Shown: positions 24,465-35,849 of the stretch, in pieces
Position numbering within the stretch: position 1 is the first letter of the stretch
Layout: each line of letters starts with the position of its first letter
Assembly (NCBI GenBank): GCA_965655095.1
Contig: OZ296655.1
Span: forward strand, 27,404,001 to 27,468,000
Direction of reading: 5' to 3'
Source of the DNA: Haplodiscus bocki
Taxonomy: Eukaryota
Length of the DNA: 64,000 nt
Notes under the pieces: model-generated
The model's input: only the letters and a program-made list of their open reading frames with translations
Told to the model about the DNA's origin: nothing
Databases searched by the model: none
Program-made: the position numbers and the translations under genes

Positions 24465-26415
24465 AAGCGTCATGATAAATATTGTCACCGGGAATAATAT
24501 ACATAAGTTAACCTTACAGGTTTTGTTGGTCCTAATCTCGTGTTCAGAATATGCTGTCAATTGAAGACAATTTTGGCCAAAGGCTCTTTTTGGTGAGCAA
24601 AATGCTAAATTTGTTTACATCTTCAATTAAAAGAAGCTGTCTGCTTTAATCTTGAACAACCACCATGAAATCCGAGTTCCGCAATCGCTAAGACCAGTTC
24701 TATCCTTTTTTCATATTTGCACAAAATTGCTAGGACGTTGATCACCCGCTCCTGGCTAAGGGATATCCCCGAAGAGAAAAGTCTCCATTCCATCCACGGA
24801 GAAGAACGGCAAGAGTGCCAAAATTTTAGTTGGAGGAAAAGTAAAATTTTGCAGAAAAAAGTCTGAGTTAGGCTGAGCTGAGTTAGGTTGCTAACTTTAT
24901 GAAGAAAAAGTTTAACCTAATTGCTAAAATATTCAGTTTACATCAGATCAAAATTTAAGGTTAAAGTTTAAAGAAAATATCACCGAGAGAAAAGTTTTAT
25001 TCAAAAGAAAAAGTGCATACATTCTTAACTTACGATTGCTACTCGATTATACTTAACAGGGGTTCAATCGGTTTTTGTCGGAAAATTGCTGACGTGGAAT
25101 TACGTGCTCCTTGATGTCTTTTGTGAGCTGCTTTTGGACTCCGATATATGAGCGAAAATCGATCTGTCCATGCACTAAATTTCATCCATTCGTTAACCAG
25201 TCAAAATGGGAGTAGCACAGGATAGACCGCGAACATGGTTTCAGGTCACGTGACGAATCGCGTGACTTTGAAGTCGTCATTATTCATAATGGTAATATAC
25301 GGATGACGTCAGATGACGTTATTGACTCGTGAGGTAAAAATCACGCCACCAGAAAATTGTTGCTAGAGTTGTCAAGTGGTTGTAAACAATGAACGTGTTC
25401 TAGCACGCGGAAATACAAGTGAAATGGCACAGCCAAATCTACAGAGATAAAGCATTGTTATTTTGAGTTTACTAATTCTAGTTTTTTTTCTATTTTCTGC
25501 TGTATATCGAGCACGACACAAAAAATTGTAAGGAGTCTCTTTTTTTTGTCAAGATCACCTCAGATTTATTTGATCCAAGTGTAAACAAGTTAGATTAGAC
25601 GGTTGTGGCAAATTAAAAGCCTTACGATCGATGCGTCCAAGAAAATGCAAAAACTCTGAAGTAATATTAATGGAAGCAATCAAGGTGCAACGTTTTTTAT
25701 AAATTTTTTGCGTAGCCTTAAAATTTAAAAAATCAGCCGGAAAAACGTTTCAATTCACCAACCTCGACAACTGACGGACAAAGTCCCACGTGCCTATATG
25801 GCGTCCTATCTGGTGTGTTGGTTGTTGCGGATTGAGAATATGACTAGTTTTGGAACGAGTTGACTAACATTTCGGTAACACGTTCAATAAGATTTTTACT
25901 ATCTACATTAGTAGACTTGATCTGGAGAAACCGGATCGTCTTCAGATTTCGGCTCAAGACTTCAGACTTCGTGTTGTGGTTCTTGGCAGAGGCCCTAGTT
26001 TTTTAGGTGAGTAATATTTTTTGAGCTATTTTAGATATGCATGAGCGTCCGCTTTTGAATACCTCAAAATCAGAGGAAGAGATTGAACAATTCTCAAAAC
26101 CTGAATTGAGATGCTTTTATTTTTAAGGGATGTTTTTATTTGTAATGAGTTGAACAGAATAAAAAGGTTAGATTTTGACCGCACTATTCAAAGAAACATT
26201 CTTTGGTGTAAATATCATGCAGTATCTTGATAATGAAGGCGTACTGTTATGTTGTGTAGCAAATCATCACGTGATAGCGATCGAAGTACGTGTCCCGTGA
26301 CCCGCGGTCAAACACAATTCGTACAAACGCCCAGATCACATTGGGCCACCCTGAGTTATATCAATTAGCAGGTGGTAGATCCAAAGCGCATGTTCCCATA
26401 GTTGCGCTAGATTTG
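24465..26415 (+). repeat. ~1.95-kb direct duplication, copy 2
   Basis: Colinear with 20524-22467; both copies end at ...tagatttg. Confidence 0.97.
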
Positions 26416-26709
26416 CTACCAAAAAATTTGCTACCAAAATGGTGAAGAGCTAAAAACGGAGTATCGATCCCTGCAGAACTCCTATCGAAATATTTCTTTT
26501 TCCCGACTTCAAATTATCGCACCTCGCAATTTGCTGTCTGTTTTTGGAATAGCCCCTTAGCAGCCCTGGCATGCAGTCATCAACACCAACTGCTGCTTAA
26601 ATTCTGAGAAGCTCAAAATGTGGGACCACATTGAACATTTTGAAAAAATTGTTGAACAGTTTGCTGAAATGTCCATGGAAGAGTCTAACTGGTGAGGAAC
26701 CACAGTTGG

Positions 26710-27996
26710 TGTGATGAGTCTCTTCCAGCTACGAACCATTTATATTACCAGAGTGATTGGAAGAGAACACCGCTTCGGGAAAGGGATCGCCTAGGGAACG
26801 ATCCCCAGTGGGTTCCCGGTTTTATGAGTCGTTGTTCCTAGATGTTCCCGGAACAGCTACGGAACAAGTCCGAACTTGTGGGTTCAGAAGAAGTTCATGA
26901 AGCTTAGACAAGGCACCCAAAATGCGGGACTCCGTCCGGCTGAATTCTTTTGAAAGTTTTTTAGTTACTCTCCCTTCGATCTCTTCGGAAACCTGCGAGA
27001 TGTATTCCTGAGCCATTTCTGGATCAAGTGTATTTTGTGACTGGCTGTTCCTTGTATTTTCAGTTGTTTCTCTCGAAGCTGCCGCTAATTTTCTCTGATT
27101 CATCAAAGTTGCCATATTACTGAGGGAAAAGTTCTGTCAGTTGTGAAGACTGAATTGATTTTTTAATTTTGTAACAAAAGCGTCGATCTCCTGTATTGTG
27201 AGAGAAAAGGGTTTCAACAAAGACAAACAGTTAATGATTTCAAACATTGAATACAATACTGAAAGGCTACAAAGTTAAATAAAAATCCCAATAGTGCTTT
27301 CGTTTCTTCTATTTATACCTTTTCCTTGGCGGGAAATATAAATGTTTACACGCCAAATCTAGGTAAAAATAGGGAAAAAGATTTTATTCATATTATCTAT
27401 AAAGGGAAAGTGCCGACTTTGGCGGGAAATAAACACCTCTCCGTCCATTTCTTTCTTCACGGACCGCGTCTTTTCCATCTTTCGACAGAGAAAGTACGGG
27501 TGTAATCCGTCAGAATTGCACATCAAAATGGTTATTCCCGCGCCGACCTCATAAATATTAACATAAACAAAAGGTTGAACAATTATCCATAAAAAGAAAT
27601 TAATAAAAAAATCGAAAACAAATGAAAAACATAAAATAAAGTACATATAAACGATGGTAAAAGTTCATGTTTACATGTGCTTACGTACTACATTGATTAA
27701 ATCCACTGCTGGGAACAAAACTAGGTTTTTTCCTAGTCCGTTCCATGTTTCTACCAGCTCACGCCTCACTTTGGCCGGAGCGTTCCGGAGCGACTACGTA
27801 GCTGCTTGTAGCACTGCTCTCCGCAGTGCTACTGAGGAGAATGAATCGGGTGGCTACGTAACCGTTCCGTGTCCGCTCAAAGTGACATAGCATAGTAGCA
27901 CAGCGGTTTGGTTTAAATTCTAGTGACGTCACCAGATTGGTTACGACAGAACACAAACGGAACAAATAATCACTTTTAAAGTCACGCTCTGTAACA
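26710..27996 (-). mobile_element. Solo-LTR-like unit B containing an ORF N-terminus
   Basis: Minus strand reads TGTTAC...CATCACA. ORF 26822-27115 (MATLMNQRKLAA...EYISQVSEEIEGRVTKKLSKEFSRTESRILGALSKL) is homologous to unit A. Both share ttggcgtgtaaaca and ttcccgccaragtcggca. Confidence 0.72.
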
Positions 27997-28068
27997 ATAG
28001 TTTTTCGTTATTGAAAATTTGTTCAAATTGTTAATCGATTTAAATTACTTACCGCACAAGTCAGTTCA

Positions 28069-29571
28069 AAGGTGGATTTTTATAATTTCTAGTTAAATTA
28101 GTTTCATAAAAACAGCACCTAATAATATTATGAACTACAGTAGGGAAGGTAATTGAACATCTGTTTTTTCCGTAGTTGATACGTCCCAAACTTGATTAGT
28201 TCACCAGAAATAAACGTATAGAATACGTGCTTTTTACATGAACTACATACCATGGAACGAAACGTAATTACTACGTATCGTTTACACAAATTACATATAT
28301 GTGCACAAGGTGGATACGTAACTACTACGTATCCTTAAAATACCATTGATGGAAAATAATGCGTTATATGTAAGTGAGTAAAATTAACATTTTATTGGCT
28401 TCCTTAAATATAATTTGAGTGTCTGTAGATTTTTTGGTCCCTAGTTGACGGTCCTGGAAGGTTCTTTGTTGGTGGAATCATCTGTCCGCAGGCTTCGCAG
28501 ACATGCTGCGACAGTTGGTTATAAAAAACCAATTTTCCTCAAACAAGTCCATGTCAACAATGTTTCAGGATACGGTAGGAATGGTGATACACGGACAGGT
28601 AAAGGAATCGCTCCAGTTTTTTAGAAAATATGTTTAGAAGTGTGACCGGCTGTTAACTTTCTATATTAATTTCATCCTATTTTCTCAAAGAATTGCGCAA
28701 GTGCTCTACCTTCCTCAGTACTATCGACTATCCGAAGTCTTTTGACACTTCCTATGTTTTTGTAAGAAGGGATCAGTTTTCTGCCTAACTCCTCAAGAAT
28801 ATTGACGTCTGGGTCTTTTGCCGTGCCGCGTTGAAGTTGAGAAAAATCTCTTCAGAAGTTCGTCTCGAATGTTCAAAACTGCTTGTTCGAATGTTCGCTG
28901 CCACGATATTATTTGGTTTCGATGGTAGATGAAGGTCGTTTAGACTCGGCGGGACAATTGGTTGTTGTGCCCCAAACACGTATGGGAATGTCGGGTCATT
29001 GGAATCATCATCAAAGGTGACGATATGTGGTTCAGGGGATGCAACCGAGGAAATTATTGGCATCTCTCTTGTGTGGGTTTCCGATAGCTCCGTCGAATTT
29101 AGAAAACTTGGCAAGTTGTTTCGTTGTGGGCTTGGCTCGTTCGAAAGTTCCTTTACGAAAAATACATCGGAGTCCATTGAATCCAATGAGATATTGGAGG
29201 CCACCTTGGAATTTTAAAATTAAAGAATGAATAAAACTTCTTTTATCGCAGTAACTGAATGAAAGAAATTGAACTCAGAAAGTGATCGGTATAGCGGGTA
29301 ATGGTAATTCACTTTTCATCAGGCCGGGTTTCCTTTGATGTTCCCGCGTTCCTGCTCAGCTTCGATGAAGTTCGGAAGTAAGGAGTGAAGCCGAAATTGA
29401 TGGGATGTAAACAAATCTCAAAAATGGAGACTTCAAATTTAAGGAACACTTGGGTGTCGTTCCTCAATGTGTCCTTGAAAATGCAGGCTGAGGTCATTGC
29501 TCGCAGACAAGTTAATCAAACTTAAAAATAAATATTTAGGAATTTTATGAATAAAAATGTAAATCCACCAT
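28069..29571. mobile_element. TIR element (GGTGGATTT ends, Kolobok-like) carrying a ~1.07-kb internal insertion
   Basis: aggtggattt at 28070 and aaatccacc at 29560. Segment 28069-28210 joined to 29282 onward matches the reverse complement of ~17890-18030. The insertion 28211-29275 is flanked by CAGAAA direct repeats. Confidence 0.4.
28785..29204 (-). CDS. Ser/Pro/Asp-rich ORF of unknown function, probably repeat-borne and truncated
   Basis: ATG-initiated 139-aa ORF with disordered-protein composition (MASNISLDSMDSDVFFVKELSNEPSP...), lying inside the 28211-29275 insertion. Confidence 0.3.
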   Translation of the reverse strand: MASNISLDSMDSDVFFVKELSNEPSPQRNNLPSFLNSTELSETHTREMPIISSVASPEPHIVTFDDDSNDPTFPYVFGAQQPIVPPSLNDLHLPSKPNNIVAANIRTSSFEHSRRTSEEIFLNFNAARQKTQTSIFLRS

Positions 29572-30200
29572 GTAGTAGCTCATTAGCCACGTCGTTCATT
29601 ATTTAAAATATTTGAGTACAACTGAAGAAGAGGTCGGGATTACATCCTTTTTTGGTGGGAGTGTAACCAGTGACGAGCGAGAACTGGCAATTGATGAGGG
29701 TGTTTCTGGAAGCAGTGCAGTCCACACTTTGCAATTTGTAATAATGCTTTCTCACTGAGAATTTCACATTCCAAAACGTTTTAACCGCCTTGTGAGAGGA
29801 CAATTTGTAGACACATTCAAAGACGGTTTCTATTTTTGTAGCAAACCCACAATTCGTGCAAAAAACATTTGCTTCGTACATGTAGGAAGATCTACAACTT
29901 CAGTTTAGACCAATTGCTCCAGGGTTCTCAACATTTCAACTCAAAAGGTGGCATTGCTTCGAAAAATACTCCAGATCTCCTTTCATTTACTCCACAGAAA
30001 ACGCATGTTTTACCCTTGTTTTTTTTACCGGAGAAGACCACGTGGCTTAAAAATCATAACGACAAAAACCTTTGAGAGCGAGATTATGAAATGTCATGCC
30101 CGTATGAGGGAAACACTGAGTTATCAACCTTTCCCTCAAGCTGCGTGCATGTTCTATATAAAGGAAGCTTTTATAGTAAAAAAACCTTGATTCAACTTCT

Positions 30201-31417
30201 GTAGCCGGAAAATGTATGAAGGTACGGCTCTGCCCCTGATATGAAAGCGATTATATATGATATAACACACTATTACTATGTAATATGTAAATCTAATAGT
30301 GCTGAGCATTTCATAAATTAGCAGTTTCATAAAAACTAAAACCAACAGTGCAGAAAAAACCGTCGACTGAGAGACACGACGGCGCTAGGTCCTCACTGAT
30401 GCTCAAAGGTGAAAATGTATATTAAGGCACAAACAGTCACCCAGAAGCATCGGCCAAAAACTCGTATCCTTACAGGCACACTCTGTAAAGCAAAAACTCT
30501 ACCAATCAGACTGTAAAAACTCAATTGAGCTGAATATGCGCTGTGTCGGAAAACATCTATGCTGACGTTTCCGCCCTCACAATCCATTCAGCAGTAAGAA
30601 GATACAAAAAACTTCAAAAAGAGAGAATAACCATCGAAAAGGAATAAATACAATACAATACAAGCAGAATGAATCGGGAGAATGTATAGAAATACATAAG
30701 TTTCCATTTGTCCGGGATAAAGAACGGTGGATGTTATACCAGTAACCCAGTCTGCAGAGAGAAACCGGTGGTCAAAACCCGCGCATGTGTAAACAGAATA
30801 TGACTAATGGGTTTCGGTCGGAGTACAAGATTTCTACGAAGTTCAGAAATTTTTTGATGTATGAGAACGAGGTTGGAATAATATTATCTTCTTCGATACT
30901 GCGTTCTTTTCATACATTTTCTTTTGCCTAATGACCCTTAACTTTATCACAACCAATGCACTATTCCATAAAACGTTTTGCGACGTTCCGGACGGACAGA
31001 GATAATAGAAGTTACAGACCGACCTCGAACAAATTGACACCTCGGAAATACAGACTTTTTCTGCTGACTCCTAAAGCAATCAATGTCAGGGACCTAGCAC
31101 GCGGACATTTTCCCATTGAATCAAAAAATGTGATGCTTCTTTGTTGACATACGAATGTAAAACATTAAACATAAAACATATATAGAACTTAAAATCAGTA
31201 CTTAAACGGATGTTTCAGCCATATTTGAATCATACATAAAATTGCGCAACATTCTACAAAGTTTTCACGCGTTTGATTTCCTAGCGGCAGATTTGCGTTT
31301 TGAACCCTATCTATTCAATTAACGCCAGGGGTCATGAGCCAACTGGAGCCCACCGATGGTAAGAATTTCGTCTTACGATCGGTCACGTGGCGACACGCCG
31401 CGAATCCGTCCGCGACA
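30201..31417 (+). mobile_element. Putative LTR-like unit C followed by a truncated ORF (31650-31797)
   Basis: 1217 bp with near-inverted termini TGTAGCCGGA...TCCGCGACA. The downstream ORF MRYSRISHPKMS...ELIEERIKS is cut by the 31799 MITE. No second copy or PBS seen. Confidence 0.4.
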
Positions 31418-31798
31418 AAAAAACCACAGCATTTCCAGAAACATACTGCAAAACAGAGAGAAGAAAGTTGCTTGGAGGGAATACAAACACTTGCTTACAG
31501 ACACATATCGCTTTGACGCCCATTTTACTTCGTATCTCGTCAAATTTCTTCCTAATGCCTCAATGGAACTACTGTAGCTACAACATAAATTCAATCCACT
31601 TAACAACCTTATAAGCTTTTCCCTTGACCCGGGAACACTGAGAAACGTAATGAGATACAGCAGAATCTCGCATCCTAAAATGTCCGTAAGCACCAATAGT
31701 ACCACCGATACCCCCTCTCCAAGCAACCCAGAACACATCAAAAAACCTGAGAACAGAATTTCGCACGAGTTGATCGAGGAAAGGATCAAGTCACACTT

Positions 31799-32147
31799 GG
31801 GAGTTGATTTTACATCACAACTCTCGATGTGTTAATTACCTTCTGCTCCGCTTTTCTTTACGTTTCTTATACTTTCAAGATGCCCCTCATCTACTGATTG
31901 CACTGAGAAGTTGGCAGCTCCCCAGTGTTTACACTATCAGAATACATAGACATTCTTTAAGAAATGACGCCCTTTACATCGTATTAACCTTTAAAATGAC
32001 TATTTTTCTCAAAGAATGTCACTGGGGAGCTGCCAACTTCTTAGTGTAATCAGTAGATGAGGGTCATCTTGACAGCATAAAAATGTAATCGAAAACGGAG
32101 TAGAAGGTGTTTAAAACATCGAAAGTTGTCATGCAAAATCATTCTCC
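31799..32147. mobile_element. MITE with ~128-bp terminal inverted repeats
   Basis: Arms at 31799-31927 and 32020-32147, e.g. ctcatctactgattgcactgagaagttggcagctccccagtg vs cactggggagctgccaacttcttagtgtaatcagtagatgag. Confidence 0.88.
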
Positions 32148-33469
32148 TATCTTAATACATAGAGATGAAAAATCTCCTAACTTCTATAAAAATGATTCTA
32201 GAAGTTTCAAACAAAGATAATTGTAAACTAGATAAAAATCTAAGAAACTTTTCTTTCGACCTTATATTGTGATTTTAAGTCATTTTTGAGTATTACGCAA
32301 GTATTTGTAGGGTTCCAGAATTAATTCACAAATAAAGGTTCCATTCTTTTCTGACACTACTGTATATCATTTTCTTGAATGATTCCCCCACCAAATGATA
32401 ACCCATGGTTGAATAACCAAGTCTGTTGGATTATTTTGTTAACTCCGCAGAAAAAAAATTTTATTGATTCAATCGACAAGTAATGATCAATCGTTGAGAT
32501 AATTAACCAATAACACCATGAACATTGAATTTTCGATCAAATCTCTCTCCTTTCGAAAGATAATTTGTTAAACTGTTGCAGCGCAGAGATAATTTGATCT
32601 AGCGTTAAAACTCAGCAGACTTGTTTCGATCTAAGGTAATTACTGAAACTGCTTCTTAAGTCAATCGACTTTATTTTGATTTCTCTCTACTGGATATTTG
32701 AGGTCAACAATTTTTGCCACCTTTTGTCTTTGAAATCTGGTCATAATACTTGTCTCGGGGGGTGAGTGGATAGTTATCTTGTCGCGCTGAAAGATTATTC
32801 GTCGTCCAATGAAAACTCGTTTCGGAGGAAACCGGGAGCGTGCGAGGTTTCAGAGCACTGTCACGAAACTATCTGAAAAAAAGACAAAATAAAATATCTC
32901 TTCTACAAAATCTCAGAAAAACTCGGTAGTTTTTTGAATAATATAGTTTGAGACCAGACTTACATGTCTTCAATTTAGACATTTGGCGTTGCTCCATCTA
33001 CGGCGTTCTCATTTTCAGTTCAGCGACACTCAGCGAGCGAAGGTTTATCCAAATCTCCAGAATCTTAAAAAAGTCAGTGTCCGATGAAAAAAAGCGAAAG
33101 AAATCTAAGATCAAAAATGAATTTTCCATTATGCCATTGTAGTTTGGATGACAGTCGTGTTAGGTTTGTGCAATATGCAGATCCGTACAAAACTCAATAT
33201 CCGTCGCCTGCCAAAGTTCAGAATTGTGAAGAAACCGAAAGAGAAGCAGTTCTTTTCAAAATTATACCAGTTCATCCTGAAACTTAACGACCCCTGGTAA
33301 TCAACGATATTGCTTTGAAGTAGATGTCGCTACTACGAAATTTCAAAAAAATGGTCTTGGAGTCATCAGAAACAAACTGGAGAAAACTGCTACCGCTTTG
33401 ACTAACACTGAAGCAAAGTCTGAGATGCTCGAAGTATCTCCTGGATGATTCTTTACGAAGACTTTAACG

Positions 33470-34705
33470 GCTTTTAACAATTTTTCTGGCGAACTTTTCG
33501 GACTGTATAAAGGCGTTGAATTTTTTCTCCTTTTGTCATTGAGGGAAAAGGAATCAAAGCATCTCCCGTACTGGAAAAAAACTTGAAGAATTTTGGAGGA
33601 AAGAACCGTATCACCCTTCCACACACTACTAAGACGTTACTATTGGGCATTAGTAGTTGAAAGAGAAATTTGACATTGCTCATTTGTATGATTTTTGATG
33701 CAACATTTTATGACAACTAAACTTAGCTTTAGCCGTTTTCAAAGCAATGGGAAAGTCTTTTCAGGACCATTGAAACGGTTAGTCAACCTTTAGGTTGCTT
33801 AAGATCATTGAACACCGTCATTGTAGCCGAGAGCAATCTATCACTGGGGTGTTTTTTGCAGTGCTCTCAACTTTTTAACAGTTTCGATTTCATAGTTTGC
33901 TCTTACCCCCTTGACCCCTCAGAAAAAAAAACAAAATATTGACGATTGATTGAATACACCCATTTCAGGCATACATGTTTGGACCCCCATATTGATTTGG
34001 CCTGCAGTAGGCATCTACATTATCACAGATTGATGGGATATAGCTGGTTTATGCATACAAGTGTGTACTCATAGATTGTTTGTGGCTTCGATTACGCATA
34101 TGCTTGTCAAAAAAATGATGTAATAAACCTGGTACAAGCTCACGTTTTTGGACATTCAGACTGTTTCGGCTTGTAGTGGCCATCGGAAGACTGATGGAAA
34201 ACACCTGAATGCATAAATATTCTGACCTTCAGAAGATTTTGACACACCGTAAGCGTACATAGAGTGAGAAATTGACCGAACATAACTAGTGTATGCATAC
34301 AAATTCCGACTATTACACTCTTTTTGCATTCATTAGGCATCTATATACTGTACGACTGAGTCGATAGTTTTAGCAAAAGGATTCGGACTCCAGCGTGGTT
34401 TTGGTTTGTGGTAAGATTCTATCTTATGAACAATTGATGATATAAACATAACACTGGCAAGCAATATTGGCTTTTGAAGTTTTTTCTGGCAAACTTTTCG
34501 GACTGTATAAAGGCGTTGACTTTTCTCTCGTTTTGTCATCGAGGGAAAAAGAATCGAAGCATCTCCCGTACTGGAAAAAAGTTTGAAGAATAATGGAGGA
34601 ACATCTATATATTGTACGACTGATTCAATAGTTGTAGCATAATTATTTGGACTCCAAGGTTGTTTTTGGTTCCCTGTAGGATTATTTTTTATGATGGATT
34701 GAAAA
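33470..34705 (+). repeat. Interleaved short duplications
   Basis: 33470-33600 is repeated at 34469-34600, and 34339-34440 is repeated at 34603-34705. Confidence 0.85.
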
Positions 34706-35849
34706 AAAAACAACATTGGCATGCAAACTGAGACCTTTAGACCAATTTCGCTTGTTTCACGCTCCTATATAGTGAGTGATTGATGCAAAATGTCAACTAC
34801 AGGCATACGTAAGCCAACTTTTAGATTGTTTTCGCATAATGTAGGCATCCATAAAGTGGAAAATTGATAAAGGGTACCTAGTATAGCCATAAATATTCCA
34901 TTTCGTAGACTATTTCGGCATATTAGAAGCATCTGTATACTCCCAGTTTGAGGATTAAATCTATTAGAGGCTTAAAAACCTGAACTCTTAGATGCGTTCG
35001 GCATGTCGTAGGCACCCCTATTGTGATTGAATCCCAGATTTCGATTTCTGATAGTCATATTGATTTTTTCCATATCCATGTGCTTTTCTCTGTTCTTGTT
35101 CATTAGCTCTTGCTTCGCTCATTCAGATTCCAATTCAAAAGTGTATGCAAAATTTTTCAAAACTCTCCAAACCGCCCTAAACGCTACCAAACATTCTCTA
35201 AAGAATACAACAAGACAAAATTGGAAAAAAGCACGGCAAACTTGATTCAGCAAAAATCATCTGCAAAATCTAAGTACGAAAATATCATGCCAACCTCTTA
35301 GCAAATCATATGTGAGAAAGTTGGAATAGTTTAATATCATTCACTCTCACCCTCCAGTTGAAGACGTCTCTTTTTTCGTTTTGATTTTGTTGACTGATTC
35401 ATCATCAATAATCCAATTGTCCATGTCAAAGAGATGTTCCATGTATTCGATGGTCTTTTTCCTCCTTCTCTGTAAATAATGTAACTACTGGAGAAACATC
35501 AAAAATCTGCACTTGATGAGGTCTAGTTCGGAAGCACTCCGTCTGGTGCTTTCATCGTTTTTGCAACGATGTTAATACAACAAACTTTTCGAGCCCACAG
35601 AATCTTCCTCTAGTTCAGAGTGTGAACCAGTTTTCTGATTCAAACCAAGATCGTTGGTCCAACAGTTTTTGTATCAGAGCACATGGATCGCTGACGCTTA
35701 GTGTCTCCTCACTGCTTTTTGAAGGAATGGGTGCTGGATTTTGTGTTTTTTGGTCGTCCATAATGATTTAATAGACAATAGGGTAGGTTTCGTTTCCAAC
35801 TAGTTAAATCACGCCAGGCTAGCAGGTTTGTCTTCGTTTCCCGATGCTT

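Noticed and set aside
20524-26415. The 1.95-kb direct repeats as an LTR pair
   Set aside because: No TG...CA ends, PBS, PPT or TSD; the spacer contains only MITEs.
18106-27996. Units A and B as TIRs of one 10-kb element
   Set aside because: They are too diverged from each other, have no shared outer TSD, and each has its own TG...CA ends.
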